Source: a virus. From it: a DNA stretch of 64,000 nt. Within the stretch, counting starts at the first letter, position 1. Each line of letters opens with the position of its first letter. Shown piece by piece: positions 1 through 10,725 of the stretch. The translations under genes were made by a program, and so were the position numbers. Below the pieces are notes generated by a model that saw only the letters and a list, made by a program, of their open reading frames with translations, made no database searches and was not told where the DNA came from. The stretch lies in the IMG/VR virus record IMGVR_UViG_3300045988_098461, positions 20,546 to 84,545 of that record; one strand, 5' to 3'.

Positions 1-3000
1 CGTCCCACCAAAGGTTTCCATTTGCGAAATAGCCTGTTCCGTCAAAGCGCAAGAGGGACTTGGCAGCAATTTTCTTCTCTTCCTCTGTTGTCGTGGAGGC
101 TTGCTTGTCGATAGCCTTTCCACCTAGCCAAAGGGCGATGCCATTCTCCTTCGTGTCCGCTCCATTGATACCTGCGGTAACATTTCCCTTATCGTTACGT
201 AAGGCTATCAATGTGGAGAGGATAAGACCACCCTTGACTACTGTGTCTCCATCAACAAGAGCAGCCTTGATGTATTCAAGACCAGCCATATTAGTGATGA
301 GCTTAGTATTGAGACCATCAAACAGATTAGACGTGATATAGTTGTTCGCCACACCCAGCTTGTCGTAGAAAGCCTTATAAGCATTCGTGAAGTTGGTATA
401 CTTCTGAGCCGCAGCCGCCTTGATGGTAGCCTTTCCATTTGAATCAGAAGCGTTGTATCTGCTTACGATGTCAGAAAGATAGGTAATGAGTTCATTTTTT
501 GCGCTATCGAGTGTAGCCTTAGCTGAAACCAAATCCGTTTTATAGGTCGTTTCATTACCATCCTTATCCAACAAGAACTTAGAGCCAACAACATTATTAT
601 ACGACTCAACGGCTGCATTATAATCATCCTCCAGTCGCTTGCTATCCTGTGCGATAGCCGCAATCTCCGAGCTATCCAAGTAGCCATCAGAGGTAAAATC
701 ATCGAAAGCCTTCTTGTTGTTAGATACGGTCGTTCCGAGGGTATTCAAGTTGCTCTGTGTCGTCTTAATCTCTTCTTGCGCCTTCTCAGCAGCTTTCTTG
801 GCTTCCTCTGCCTTCGTGTCATCGGTATACTTGCTAGCCAATTTCCAATCGGCAATATCGAACTTTTCTCCTTCTGCCTTGGCGGTGGAACACTTCAAGA
901 TTTCATTCTTGTAGGTACTTCCATCGCTAGGATAGGTGGCATTGACCCACATATCGTTCACGTCGTATGGGGGAACTGGCTGTGAACCGAAAATGCGTCT
1001 CTTGTCTGCGATATACTTATCCAAGGTTTTGCCATCATAGGTGGACTTTATATCCAATTCTCCCTTGATGGTAACTTTCTTCGTCTCGCTATCAAACTTG
1101 ACATAGGATTCACCCTCGTAGTTATTGGCACTAGTAGGTCGGTCTCCGAAGTACATATCTCCGTAGACGTGGAAGAAAGCCTTGTTCGTGGAATGGTTCA
1201 CGCCATAGTTCACATACTCCTTGTTATTAAAGGTGTAGCCGTCAACTCCGTGATAGAGTGTTATGCAAGGGGAATAGGTGTCAACGGCAGAGAATACCAA
1301 GCAACTTTGCCTTGTGATGTTCGTTCTATTACCGCACTGATTCAGAATGTCATCAACCATAGGCTCATCGCTGGCTGCGTCCTTGTCGATGTCCGATAAA
1401 TCCACATAATGATATTTCTTGCCATCTATCTCCACTGCCTCGGAAGACACACCGATGACTAGCCTCCAATAGTAATGGTTGCCTACGTTATGATACTTTC
1501 CTGCCGTAAGATTGAAGCTCTTGCTCCTTGCTTGGTCTCCAACCTTCCATTTATTCTCCACCTTTGAGCCATCTTGCTCACCAAGGAAGTAGCATCTGTA
1601 AGCCTTCTGACTAACACCATCATAGGTAATATTCACCTCCTCAACCTTCAATATTCGGTTACTGCCTACTGGGGTGATGAACAATTCACCACCCAATGTG
1701 TCTGTATGCAATATTTCCAAGGTCTCGAAGATTGCTTTCATTCTGACTTGTAGATAATCTGTGGTTAGATGGGTGTTATCTAGTTCGTCAAGAGTCCAAT
1801 CCCCGTTCGCCCCGACCTTCATTCCCTTCAAGAACTTCTGGAGCTTTTCCCAAGTGATAGTGCCTTTTGCAATGTCATCGAACTGCTTAGATATAAAATT
1901 ATCACTTCCGTACTTCGCAATGAGTTTTCTTAGCTGGGAAACGGAATATCCACCTCCGTTACCGCTACTTCCTCCGCTCGCAATAATTGTCTGTACGTCT
2001 TCTTTGAGCTGCGTGATAGTGCCCTTAATTACTTGATTGCCTATTGTAATCGACTGAATAAAGTCGTAATCAATATTAGTCGATAGCTTCAACACTCTTG
2101 TCGCAAGCTCATATCCGTGTCCGTCCTTATACGTTATACTCTGACCGATTTGTAGTTGAGGGTTATCTTCCAAGAATACATCAGAATATGATTTAACCTC
2201 ATAGTTATTCAAATCAGAGAGTAATCGCACAATCTCCTCCTTTGCTTTCTCTAACAATCTATTTTGAGCATCCTCGTAATAGATAGTATCAGCCATTGCA
2301 ATATTATAGAGTACCGTGATATTACACTTCAAAGAAGGTTTGCTTTCTCCACGAGGAATGAGCATTTCTGCTTCATTTGTAGGTATAATGACCTCATTAT
2401 CCTCTTGATAGATAATTTCGTAATCACCAGCCAATACAGAGAAATTACTATCACTAACATCATCTGACGTATGCGAGGATGATGCCTCTTTATGATAGAT
2501 AAGTTCAAAGCCTACATATTCGCCGTTAGAGCCACGACCAGCAAGTGGAGTAGAAAGCGCACCCGTATTAAAGTTTGGTTCAAATGAGCATCCGATATTC
2601 TTACCATTGATAAGCAAATCATCTGTAACCTCAAAGTCATACCAATAATGAGTAACGCCATCATCAACTGTTGTATTGATAATTGTCTTTCCTTCTACTT
2701 TTTCTGTAGCAGGATAAGCCAATTTCATATACCATACTGTAAAGGTCTTATATTCCTTAACCGAGCCATCAGCATTATAAGAAATAGGTATTTTCTTATT
2801 ATTATCATCAAGCACATACTTAACTCGCCCACGTACATTATATACATAGGTATTGAGCGAAGGATAAATCTGAGAAAAATCAAGCACCTTCGTAAAGAGA
2901 GGTTCTTTCGTTTTATCCGCTCTAAGGTCAAGGGTAGAATACTTATCAATAGAGTAGGAGCGTTCCTTTCCGTCTATTAATATTGTACCATTGCCCTCAT

Positions 3001-3772
3001 CTAATTGCAGACGAATATCGCCAGATGAAACATTCTCACCTTTGCTATTTACTTGTGTAATATTTCTAGTACCGCCGAAGATAGAGAAAGCGTTATAGTA
3101 GCCTTCTTTGCTATTATTGATACTTGGTACACCTACATTCTTTCCAACCTCTAAAACGACAGGAGTTGCACCGATTAAGACCTTACCGATGTAGATAATT
3201 TCATCATCATAGTCAATATGCCATTCGCAGTTATCTCCAATAGCATTTGTAATTGCTGTAAGTGCAGAAATAAAATCGTTATCGCTGAATGATACATTGA
3301 CAGTATTTGCCGTTACATTTGAAAAGATAACTTTCCATCCGCATTCGCCAAACATTAAATCCTTGTTAAGGAAATCTTTTATTTTTTCGCTAAGTGCAGA
3401 TGTAGTACCTACGAAAGACCATACATTTTGCTTTACCTCTACATTCTGTGAATTACGAGTATAGATAAAGAATGGGGTCTTCGATAGAATCATCTTCGGA
3501 TGCTGGAATTGAGGAGTGTACTTCCAAGAGCATTCATCTGATTGAGTAGGCTCATACGATTCCAAGAGAAGAAACTTCCTAGTAACCTCTCTTACTTTAT
3601 CAATCTTATATGTATAATTGATATACGCACCAATGGGCAGAATAACCTTCTCAGCAGCAGAGAAAGACAGAGAAATGTAATCTGACTTAGACATTTCCTG
3701 TTCTCTCTTAGCCGCTGATGTTACTTCTGCTTGCATCAGCAATTTATCGTTAATATCATATATCTTAATCAT
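1..3772 (-). CDS. tail-associated host-specificity / tail fibre protein (Tal-like N-terminus); 5' complete, 3' end beyond the window edge (>=1257 aa)
   Basis: Missing from the ORF track because it has no stop in the window. ATG at 3772-3770 overlaps the TGA of the upstream ORF (ATGA). Hand translation starts MIKIYDINDKLLMQAEVTSAAKREQEMSKSDYISLSF. I checked the frame stop-free at 3542-3772, 1742-1801 and 2-61, where it reads ...KSLLRFDGTGYFANGNLWWD at the edge. Sits directly after the tape measure and Dit-like genes. Confidence 0.7.
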   Translation of the reverse strand, partial: MIKIYDINDKLLMQAEVTSAAKREQEMSKSDYISLSFSAAEKVILPIGAYINYTYKIDKVREVTRKFLLLESYEPTQSDECSWKYTPQFQHPKMILSKTPFFIYTRNSQNVEVKQNVWSFVGTTSALSEKIKDFLNKDLMFGECGWKVIFSNVTANTVNVSFSDNDFISALTAITNAIGDNCEWHIDYDDEIIYIGKVLIGATPVVLEVGKNVGVPSINNSKEGYYNAFSIFGGTRNITQVNSKGENVSSGDIRLQLDEGNGTILIDGKERSYSIDKYSTLDLRADKTKEPLFTKVLDFSQIYPSLNTYVYNVRGRVKYVLDDNNKKIPISYNADGSVKEYKTFTVWYMKLAYPATEKVEGKTIINTTVDDGVTHYWYDFEVTDDLLINGKNIGCSFEPNFNTGALSTPLAGRGSNGEYVGFELIYHKEASSSHTSDDVSDSNFSVLAGDYEIIYQEDNEVIIPTNEAEMLIPRGESKPSLKCNITVLYNIAMADTIYYEDAQNRLLEKAKEEIVRLLSDLNNYEVKSYSDVFLEDNPQLQIGQSITYKDGHGYELATRVLKLSTNIDYDFIQSITIGNQVIKGTITQLKEDVQTIIASGGSSGNGGGYSVSQLRKLIAKYGSDNFISKQFDDIAKGTITWEKLQKFLKGMKVGANGDWTLDELDNTHLTTDYLQVRMKAIFETLEILHTDTLGGELFITPVGSNRILKVEEVNITYDGVSQKAYRCYFLGEQDGSKVENKWKVGDQARSKSFNLTAGKYHNVGNHYYWRLVIGVSSEAVEIDGKKYHYVDLSDIDKDAASDEPMVDDILNQCGNRTNITRQSCLVFSAVDTYSPCITLYHGVDGYTFNNKEYVNYGVNHSTNKAFFHVYGDMYFGDRPTSANNYEGESYVKFDSETKKVTIKGELDIKSTYDGKTLDKYIADKRRIFGSQPVPPYDVNDMWVNATYPSDGSTYKNEILKCSTAKAEGEKFDIADWKLASKYTDDTKAEEAKKAAEKAQEEIKTTQSNLNTLGTTVSNNKKAFDDFTSDGYLDSSEIAAIAQDSKRLEDDYNAAVESYNNVVGSKFLLDKDGNETTYKTDLVSAKATLDSAKNELITYLSDIVSRYNASDSNGKATIKAAAAQKYTNFTNAYKAFYDKLGVANNYITSNLFDGLNTKLITNMAGLEYIKAALVDGDTVVKGGLILSTLIALRNDKGNVTAGINGADTKENGIALWLGGKAIDKQASTTTEEEKKIAAKSLLRFDGTGYFANGNLWWD

Positions 3773-4215
3773 AACTTAATTCTATCATTCGGGTTATACT
3801 CCGTTAATTTGAGTACAAATTTACCTCTTTTTAGACCGTAATCACCAAACTGCGAGCATTGCGTGTAAACAAGTTTAAAAACCCTCTTTAGGCGAGGAAC
3901 TTTCAAGCAAAATTCACCCGAATAAGCTATCTTATCAAGGAAAGCCTCATACTTCTGTAAGTAATCTTCTTCTGAACTACCTTCAAGAAAGAAAGAGATA
4001 CTTACTTCACGCTTATCTTTCTTTACATACTTCGATGTAGCGATAACCGATTGTCCATGTTCCAATCGACTATCGTTAGTTACATAGCTTTTTACTGGGG
4101 CTGGGGTCAGCAGAGCTTCTCGCCAACCCCTTACCAATGTAATACCGAAAGTATCAAGGTCAATGTAAGCAGTATCCGCTTCATCGACCAATTTTATAAA
4201 AGCATCATTCTTCAT
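3769..4215 (-). CDS. distal tail protein-like (position-based)
   Basis: 148-aa ORF immediately downstream of the tape measure. Its stop overlaps the next start (ATGA). Confidence 0.4.
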   Translation of the reverse strand: MKNDAFIKLVDEADTAYIDLDTFGITLVRGWREALLTPAPVKSYVTNDSRLEHGQSVIATSKYVKKDKREVSISFFLEGSSEEDYLQKYEAFLDKIAYSGEFCLKVPRLKRVFKLVYTQCSQFGDYGLKRGKFVLKLTEYNPNDRIKL

Positions 4216-4218
4216 AAC

Positions 4219-7200
4219 TTAATACTTATCCTTCATTAATTTATACATACTTGCGATGTCTTCACGTATCAATATAATAGGGGCAGTATTCTTATTGATT
4301 GCTTCCAACTGCTGTAATCCTTGATACTGAATATCTCGCATTTCAGAGATATTATTATATGTCTGCTCAGCATAGATGCGCAAGAAAGAAACATCAACTG
4401 CGATAGCCTTACGAACCTCATTACCTTGCTCTTGGGCAATTTGCACCGCATAACCGATACCGATAAGGCTGCTTGCTTGGTCTGCGGTGATAGCTTCGAT
4501 AGCCTTGCCCGTTGCCGTCTGCTGAGATTGCGCCTCCTTATACCCTGTTATTGCAGCAATATTATCTCTTATCTTTAAACCTTCATTAACGATGTTATCG
4601 TACTCTTTTTTAAGAGCATTCAAATCATCATCCGAAAGCTGTCCCTGCTTCATCTTATCAGCCCACTTTTCATAAAGGACTTTAAGTCTCTTGTTTGCAA
4701 TATCATCAACGGCAAAGTTAAGCATTGACTTATTGAGCATCGTTGTGAAATCATTTGCGAAATCTTGCGCCGATTTACTCATATCCATAAGATTGCTAAT
4801 AAAGTTGTCCTTTAACGAATCGAAGGTTGTCTGCGTAAGATTCTGATTGATTTTATCAGTCAGCTCTTCAAGCTTCTCGGCAAGGTCGGTATAATTCTCC
4901 CAATATTCAGTTTTATCATATTTACCTTGGTCGGTCATATTCTTCCATACATCTTGGTTGTATGTGCGAATATCCTTCATCTGCTCTGGAGTGAGCTTAT
5001 AAATATCCTCCAAGGAATTTACCTTGCTTATCGTAGAATTAACATAACCGCCTCTTACTGCTGATTGCTGTGCCAACGTGCGATTGATAGCAGCATAATC
5101 CTGTGCCGACAGATTCCAATAATAAGCATTAGAATGATGCGAGCCATGGTAACCCATCTGTGCTTGAAGAATTTCCATACTCTGCTTATTGATTTGCTTC
5201 TGTGCATCATAGGCTTTTTGATAATTGCTGACGGCACTCATTCCCGAAGTCTTATCAATCGAACTCTTCAACTGCTCAATAGAGTATTGCAATCGCTCGT
5301 TTGATTCTGTAAGGCGATTCGTAGTCTCGGCAACCTCCTTCGCATTACTTCCATTGCCGATACCAAAAGCACTACCAAGCGATTTGATAGCCCCTATGCC
5401 GTTAATAGCTGCCCCGATATAGTTGCCCGTAGCAAAGTCTGATGCCGCTTGCGAACCCTTATTGAAGGCATCTGCACCACTTTTAAGCTTCTTTCCAAGG
5501 TCTGAATCACCGAAGCCGAGAACATCAATCAATTCACTTGCTTCTTGTAGCTTCTTAGCAACGTTACCGATGCTTTCTGCCCATTCATTAGCAATCTGCT
5601 TAATTGACTTTCTTGCCTTATCTTGTGATACATTTGCATCTTCTTGTGCCTTCTTTACGTCCTTTGTTGCCTTTCCGACTTTTACCTCAGAAACAGCGAG
5701 CTCATCAAAGAGTTTCTTTAATTTTTCGAGCTGTTCGTTGCTGAGATTCATCTTATTCTCATTAAAGAGTGCGCTCTTATTCTGAGAGGTTATCTTATTG
5801 GTGCTTACAGATACCCCCGTCTCCGCAAAGACTTTTTGTATAGCAATTTTCGTAGAAGACTGCTGTTCTTGTGCATTATATTGCTCTACTGTAGCTTTTC
5901 TTAATCGCTCTTGTGCATCAGCAGCCTCTTGTAAGAGCCGATTATATTCACGCACCTTCTCGTTAGACCAACCCCATTTATCGGTCTGCTCAGAAATAGC
6001 ATCATCAATCTTACCAATCTGTTCAGATACAACCTTCATATCATCAATATCAAGAGTACCCGAACCGAGAAGGTCTTTGAGCTTTTTTCTTAGGTCTTCG
6101 AGATAAGATTTGCTCAATCTTCCCATATCAGAGAAAACAGAATCCCAGTTGATAGAATCCTTGAAATCATTAAAGTTGAGCTTCTTTAGCTGCTCTTCAA
6201 GGTCAGTTTTCAACTTTGCTTCCTCGAAAATATTACCCTTTGCCCTTGCTTCTTTGATTTTCTCGTTATATTCCTCAACGATGGCGAGCTTCTGCTGTTC
6301 GAGATTGCCATACTCCTTCAGGTATTCACGATATGATTTTAATTCATCAGCATAAATCTCATTATTATATAATTCTACAGTCTTCTGTTCAATGATGGTG
6401 TACTGCTCGGTAATCTTCTGAATATTCTTTGAATCAAGATGGTTCTTATCATCCCAAGTCTCAGCCTTGCCACCCTTTGCCTTAATAACAGACTGCTGTG
6501 CGTCAAATTCAGCTTTCTGTCGGTCACGCTCTGCCTTGATAGCTGCATTCTTTCGCTCTTCAATCTGCTCAATTTCTTTGGATAGCTCTCTTTTGCGCTC
6601 GGCAATAACCTTCTCTTCGCCTTCTTTCATCGCCTTAATCTTTGCATCGGTTACCTCCTGTTCCAAAGATTGCCAAGCTTTTGCTCTTTCATAAGCATTC
6701 TTATAGATAACATCATCAAGCTTCCCTTCTGCTGAATTAATCTGCTTCTGTTGAGTAGCATCTTTCTTAGCATCCGATTTTGCTTTATTCGCTAGAGAAC
6801 GTTTTGCTGCTGCCTCTTGTCTGATGAGCATTCTCTGTTCGCTATTCTGCTGAACTTGCGTTCTAAGAACTTGCATTCTAAGTTCACGCTCTGCGGCAAT
6901 ATCCTTCAAAGATTGAGTATGCAATTTAGCTTGCTTTTCATGTAACTCAACGAGCTGTTGCTGCTGCTTTATCTGAAAATCGTATTTCTGCTTAACAAGA
7001 GCCTTTGCCTCCTCAATTGCAGCGATTTTCTCCTTTCCTTGTAAGGTATATATTTTATTTCTTACATCGGCAATTTTTCCATCAAGTTTGAGCTGAGTTT
7101 CCTTATTCTTATTGATAGCGATTTGCGTTTCTTGAATCTTACCTGCAAGGGAAGCCGCTTGCTCTGCCTTTGTAAGTATTCCATTGAATGCCGCTCCTAA

Positions 7201-9363
7201 CTTCTTTGATAAATCTTCATTGGTAAAAGCATCATAGATAGTCTTTGTTGCGCCAATAACACCTGATACTTGTGTTTTGAATACATCAATAACAGTTTCA
7301 CCAGCACCCTTAATTCCATCCCAAGTCTTTTTAAGACCAGCAGTAAAGGTGTCCCAGTCCATATTTAATACACCTTTAATGGTAGTTCCGAGACCTCCAA
7401 TAAGATTTACCGCTGCTTTCACGGCAGTTTTGAACGTCTTTACGAAGTTATTACCGAAGTCACGAAGGGGAGCGTTTGGCTTTGTGAAGCACTTATACAA
7501 GTATTCTCCGAAGATAATCACAATATCTGTGATAGACTTAGCAAGAGAACCAAAGTAAGCCATCAGCTTTGTATAGACCTTCTGACCCTCTGCGGATTTA
7601 GTCATCCATGTATGCACCGCCTTGAAAGCAAGAGCGATTGCAGCAATTACCGCACCCACAGGTGTTGCACACATTCCCCATAGAGCCTTTGTTACAGACT
7701 TGATGGCAGTAAGAGACCCCGTTACGGGAATACCAAGAGCCTTGAAAGCTTCACCGACCTTACCAATCTCACCTTGCAACTTACCATTGGCAGTCATTAC
7801 ATTAATGATTCCGTCTTTAAAATCATTGAGACCAGACTTTGCTTGTGTAAACTCCTCGCTAAAACGCTGACCAATGGAAGAGCCGCTTATCTTGGATTTT
7901 AGCTCATCAATAGGCTGTGTGATTTTATCCTTTATACTCTGCCCAAAATCAGAGATATTTTGCAAGGAATCGGAAATCTGATTACGTAATCTGCCAATAA
8001 AAGTCTCTTCGTTCTTCTCACGAATAGCCTCTTGTAATACAGATATATTATTCTTCGTCTTTTCAATCTCAGATTGCAAATTTCCCAAATCCGCTTTCTG
8101 CTTATCACCAAGAGGCTTTCCGCTGAATTTATCGGTTTCCGCTTCAAGCTCCTGCAATCTTTGCTTACTCTCGTCAAGTTTATTATTAAGCTCAGATAGA
8201 GAAGTATCTTCTATATTGATGCTTACAGTTGAAGATGAAGAATCAGGTTGAACGATAGCTTTTCCACCTTGTATCTGATTTGCAGCTTCAAGCAAGGTCG
8301 TGTACTCACGGAGGTCAGCATTAAGTCTTTGCTGCTCTCCACTCATTGCGTTTATCTTAGATTGTAAAGAATCTATATTATCCTGCGCTACCTGTATAAG
8401 TTGATTATAGTAATTAGCACCTTGCCCAGATTGATTATCCTCAGAAGAGAGATTTGATATAGCTTCCTTATAGCTATTAATTTTCTCTTTCTGAATCTCT
8501 ATTTTCTTTGTTGCCTCTTCAATATTCTTAGCATAATCAGTAGAGCCAAGCTTTTGCTGAATATCATTGATGGCTTGCTCATATAGTTTAATATCAGCTT
8601 TAAGTTCCTTTGTGCTTTCAGATTGCATTCGTTCAATCTCGGCACGACCCGAAGCAACGGAAATATACTGTTGCAAGGCTTCTGTAAGATGTTTGGTTGC
8701 TTCTACGTTCTGATTCTCAGCTTCGGCATTCTGTGTTGCCGCCTCGGCATTTGCTACGTGTGCTGCCGCTTCTGCCGAGGTAGCAGTTGCCGCCGTTGTA
8801 GCCGTTGCTCCTACAGCAATATTCGTTGCAGATTGTACACTATTAGCACTTGTGCTTGCAACCGAGAAAGCACTTAATGCCTGATATGCACCATTTACCT
8901 GAGAGATAGAATTTCTAACACCATCATAAGATTCAACAAGGTCTTTTACATCACCTTTCGCCAATTCCAAAGAGTGCTTTTGAGCATCAATCTGCTTTGT
9001 AAGCGAACCGAATGCCTCTGAGCCCTTTTCTGTCTTAGCTAACTGCTCGTTAAGTTTACCGATAGTACCTTCAATGGTTTCTACTCGTCTATTGGCAGTA
9101 TCAATCATTTCTGGTACTACCTGTATCCCCTTTGTGGCTTCATCCATAGCAGATTTAAGAACCTGCATAGCCTTGGTGGTCTTTGTCGCAAGGTCTTCAT
9201 CGGATTGCGCCACATCGTTAAGTGCCTTATTCATTCTCTGAGATAAGGCTTCTGTATCAACGCCGACACGATTCAAACCATCACAAAGCTTATCAAGTGA
9301 TGCTTGAATATCGGAAATATCCATCTGTCCGCTGATTCCAAGTATTTCATCTGCTGCTGCCAT
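4219..9363 (-). CDS. tail tape measure protein
   Basis: 1714 aa. Long Q/E/K-rich coiled-coil stretches with a central Gly/Ala-rich hydrophobic segment (...PVGAVIAAIALAFKAVHTW...). Lies after the chaperone pair. Confidence 0.9.
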   Translation of the reverse strand: MAAADEILGISGQMDISDIQASLDKLCDGLNRVGVDTEALSQRMNKALNDVAQSDEDLATKTTKAMQVLKSAMDEATKGIQVVPEMIDTANRRVETIEGTIGKLNEQLAKTEKGSEAFGSLTKQIDAQKHSLELAKGDVKDLVESYDGVRNSISQVNGAYQALSAFSVASTSANSVQSATNIAVGATATTAATATSAEAAAHVANAEAATQNAEAENQNVEATKHLTEALQQYISVASGRAEIERMQSESTKELKADIKLYEQAINDIQQKLGSTDYAKNIEEATKKIEIQKEKINSYKEAISNLSSEDNQSGQGANYYNQLIQVAQDNIDSLQSKINAMSGEQQRLNADLREYTTLLEAANQIQGGKAIVQPDSSSSTVSINIEDTSLSELNNKLDESKQRLQELEAETDKFSGKPLGDKQKADLGNLQSEIEKTKNNISVLQEAIREKNEETFIGRLRNQISDSLQNISDFGQSIKDKITQPIDELKSKISGSSIGQRFSEEFTQAKSGLNDFKDGIINVMTANGKLQGEIGKVGEAFKALGIPVTGSLTAIKSVTKALWGMCATPVGAVIAAIALAFKAVHTWMTKSAEGQKVYTKLMAYFGSLAKSITDIVIIFGEYLYKCFTKPNAPLRDFGNNFVKTFKTAVKAAVNLIGGLGTTIKGVLNMDWDTFTAGLKKTWDGIKGAGETVIDVFKTQVSGVIGATKTIYDAFTNEDLSKKLGAAFNGILTKAEQAASLAGKIQETQIAINKNKETQLKLDGKIADVRNKIYTLQGKEKIAAIEEAKALVKQKYDFQIKQQQQLVELHEKQAKLHTQSLKDIAAERELRMQVLRTQVQQNSEQRMLIRQEAAAKRSLANKAKSDAKKDATQQKQINSAEGKLDDVIYKNAYERAKAWQSLEQEVTDAKIKAMKEGEEKVIAERKRELSKEIEQIEERKNAAIKAERDRQKAEFDAQQSVIKAKGGKAETWDDKNHLDSKNIQKITEQYTIIEQKTVELYNNEIYADELKSYREYLKEYGNLEQQKLAIVEEYNEKIKEARAKGNIFEEAKLKTDLEEQLKKLNFNDFKDSINWDSVFSDMGRLSKSYLEDLRKKLKDLLGSGTLDIDDMKVVSEQIGKIDDAISEQTDKWGWSNEKVREYNRLLQEAADAQERLRKATVEQYNAQEQQSSTKIAIQKVFAETGVSVSTNKITSQNKSALFNENKMNLSNEQLEKLKKLFDELAVSEVKVGKATKDVKKAQEDANVSQDKARKSIKQIANEWAESIGNVAKKLQEASELIDVLGFGDSDLGKKLKSGADAFNKGSQAASDFATGNYIGAAINGIGAIKSLGSAFGIGNGSNAKEVAETTNRLTESNERLQYSIEQLKSSIDKTSGMSAVSNYQKAYDAQKQINKQSMEILQAQMGYHGSHHSNAYYWNLSAQDYAAINRTLAQQSAVRGGYVNSTISKVNSLEDIYKLTPEQMKDIRTYNQDVWKNMTDQGKYDKTEYWENYTDLAEKLEELTDKINQNLTQTTFDSLKDNFISNLMDMSKSAQDFANDFTTMLNKSMLNFAVDDIANKRLKVLYEKWADKMKQGQLSDDDLNALKKEYDNIVNEGLKIRDNIAAITGYKEAQSQQTATGKAIEAITADQASSLIGIGYAVQIAQEQGNEVRKAIAVDVSFLRIYAEQTYNNISEMRDIQYQGLQQLEAINKNTAPIILIREDIASMYKLMKDKY

Positions 9364-9387
9364 ATTGTTTGCTTATTTATGTGATTA

Positions 9388-9597
9388 TTACATCATGCCC
9401 ATAAAGAAATCATTAGCAGAAATTGACTTATCTATCTTATGATACTCTTTTTGTGGCTTCTTTTGCTGTCTGCTGCCTTTTCTCGGTTCATCCTTGGTAT
9501 TTGTATTAAAGGGCGGAATCGAGCGGTTAAGCAGAATAATATTAAGGTATGAGCGATTAAATACGACCTCCTCGTAACTCATACGAAAGTACTTCAT
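9388..9597 (-). CDS. tail assembly chaperone, -1 frame part (gpT-like)
   Basis: Lies in the -1 frame relative to 9597..10043, and that frame stays open upstream past the slippery site. TAATG junction. Immediately upstream of the tape measure. Confidence 0.5.
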   Translation of the reverse strand: MKYFRMSYEEVVFNRSYLNIILLNRSIPPFNTNTKDEPRKGSRQQKKPQKEYHKIDKSISANDFFMGMM

Positions 9598-10043
9598 TAC
9601 TTCTCCGATTGTTGCCCACGGGGAGTCGTTTTCGGCTCCGTCATTATCTTCGTCTGAGTTAGGAAAGTTATAGAGGTTAAGAAAAAATTTGCATTGAAAG
9701 AACCACTTATAAACTTCACAAGCTCATTGAATGCCATAATATCAAGGTGCTTGCGTATATATCGCCCCCATACCTTGCGTGCCCACTTCTTTCGAAAGGC
9801 GCACACGATAAAAATCTCGCTCATTAAACGAGCCGTCTCAGAGTGCTCAAACAAAAGAGGGATGATATTCATCATATCGCCTTCTTTCCATGTTGGTTCT
9901 TTGATAGAGTTACCGAATACACCCATTTCATAAATCTGCATAAAGGTAAGTGGCTTCACTTTAAAGCGAAACATACCAACCTTAATCTTTACAGATGCCT
10001 CGGAAAGCGTTTTTGCTACCTTTTCCTTATCTGATGTTTTCAT
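9597..10043 (-). CDS. tail assembly chaperone (gpG-like)
   Basis: 148 aa, between the major tail gene and the tape measure. Contains the heptamer T_TTT_TTC near its 3' end. Confidence 0.55.
   Translation of the reverse strand: MKTSDKEKVAKTLSEASVKIKVGMFRFKVKPLTFMQIYEMGVFGNSIKEPTWKEGDMMNIIPLLFEHSETARLMSEIFIVCAFRKKWARKVWGRYIRKHLDIMAFNELVKFISGSFNANFFLTSITFLTQTKIMTEPKTTPRGQQSEK
9681..9687 (-). promoter_or_regulatory. putative -1 programmed frameshift slippery heptamer (T TTT TTC)
   Basis: The minus strand reads GCA AAT TTT TTC TTA (..ANFFL..) in the G frame. The -1 frame is open from here to 9388. Confidence 0.45.
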
Positions 10044-10060
10044 ATCAAAATATGTTTTAT

Positions 10061-10111
10061 AACATAAAAAGCGGTGCGGCTTGGGAAAGTTCCCTTACCT
10101 CACCGCCTTTT
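10061..10111 (-). terminator. intrinsic terminator after the major tail gene
   Basis: GCGGTG(10071-76)...CACCGC(10101-06) stem with inner GGGAA/TTCCC pairing, followed on the minus strand by TTTTTATGTT. Confidence 0.55.
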
Positions 10112-10151
10112 GAAGTTTAATTTTAAATCATATAAAAGATAAAAGCTTTAC

Positions 10152-10721
10152 TTACTTCACAATAGCCGCAGCACTAATATCCTTTGTGAGGATATTGCGA
10201 TGACCGCTCTTCTTGTCACCCTTTGCATCGAATACCGCCATCTGACGGAACTCAATGTTAAGATTAGGAAGTCCACTCTTACCGATAGAACCACTGCGAG
10301 TGATTGTAAGTTTCATCTTAGACCACTGGAAGGTACGAGAAGGAATATCATCCAAATATTTTGTTACAATCTGTACAGCCTTGTAAATCTCGGTTTCTTG
10401 CGGAAGCTCATTCAACCAAGCATCCTTACCACCAGTACCAGAATCCTTTGTGTAACCAAGAAGCTTCGTAAAGTTTTCTTCTGAGAAATCGTATGTCTGC
10501 AAGGTAAAGCCCTTTGTTGCTGCTGATGTGGTCAGCACTGCGTAAGGGTCTTCTGAATCCTCAACCTCTACATCCGATGTCTGTGCTGCCTGGTCGTTAA
10601 AACTCAAGCTACCAGAAACGACAGCCTTAATTTTGTCGCTCCATGTTGTTGGGTAGCCGCCATTTTCGACACAATCGGCAAAACGGAAGCTTTCCAAGCC
10701 ATATACACCATTCTTTGCCAT
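10152..10721 (-). CDS. major tail protein (position-based)
   Basis: 189 aa, directly upstream of the chaperone pair and followed by its own terminator. Confidence 0.55.
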   Translation of the reverse strand: MAKNGVYGLESFRFADCVENGGYPTTWSDKIKAVVSGSLSFNDQAAQTSDVEVEDSEDPYAVLTTSAATKGFTLQTYDFSEENFTKLLGYTKDSGTGGKDAWLNELPQETEIYKAVQIVTKYLDDIPSRTFQWSKMKLTITRSGSIGKSGLPNLNIEFRQMAVFDAKGDKKSGHRNILTKDISAAAIVK

Positions 10722-10725
10722 AGTT

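Noticed and set aside
4269-8877. Many 60-120-aa ORFs on both strands inside the tape measure gene, and similar ones inside capsid, portal, MuF, TerL and integrase
   Set aside because: They are shadow ORFs within long, clearly coding genes. They have no translation signals and biased compositions (Ser/Leu/Cys/Ile-rich).
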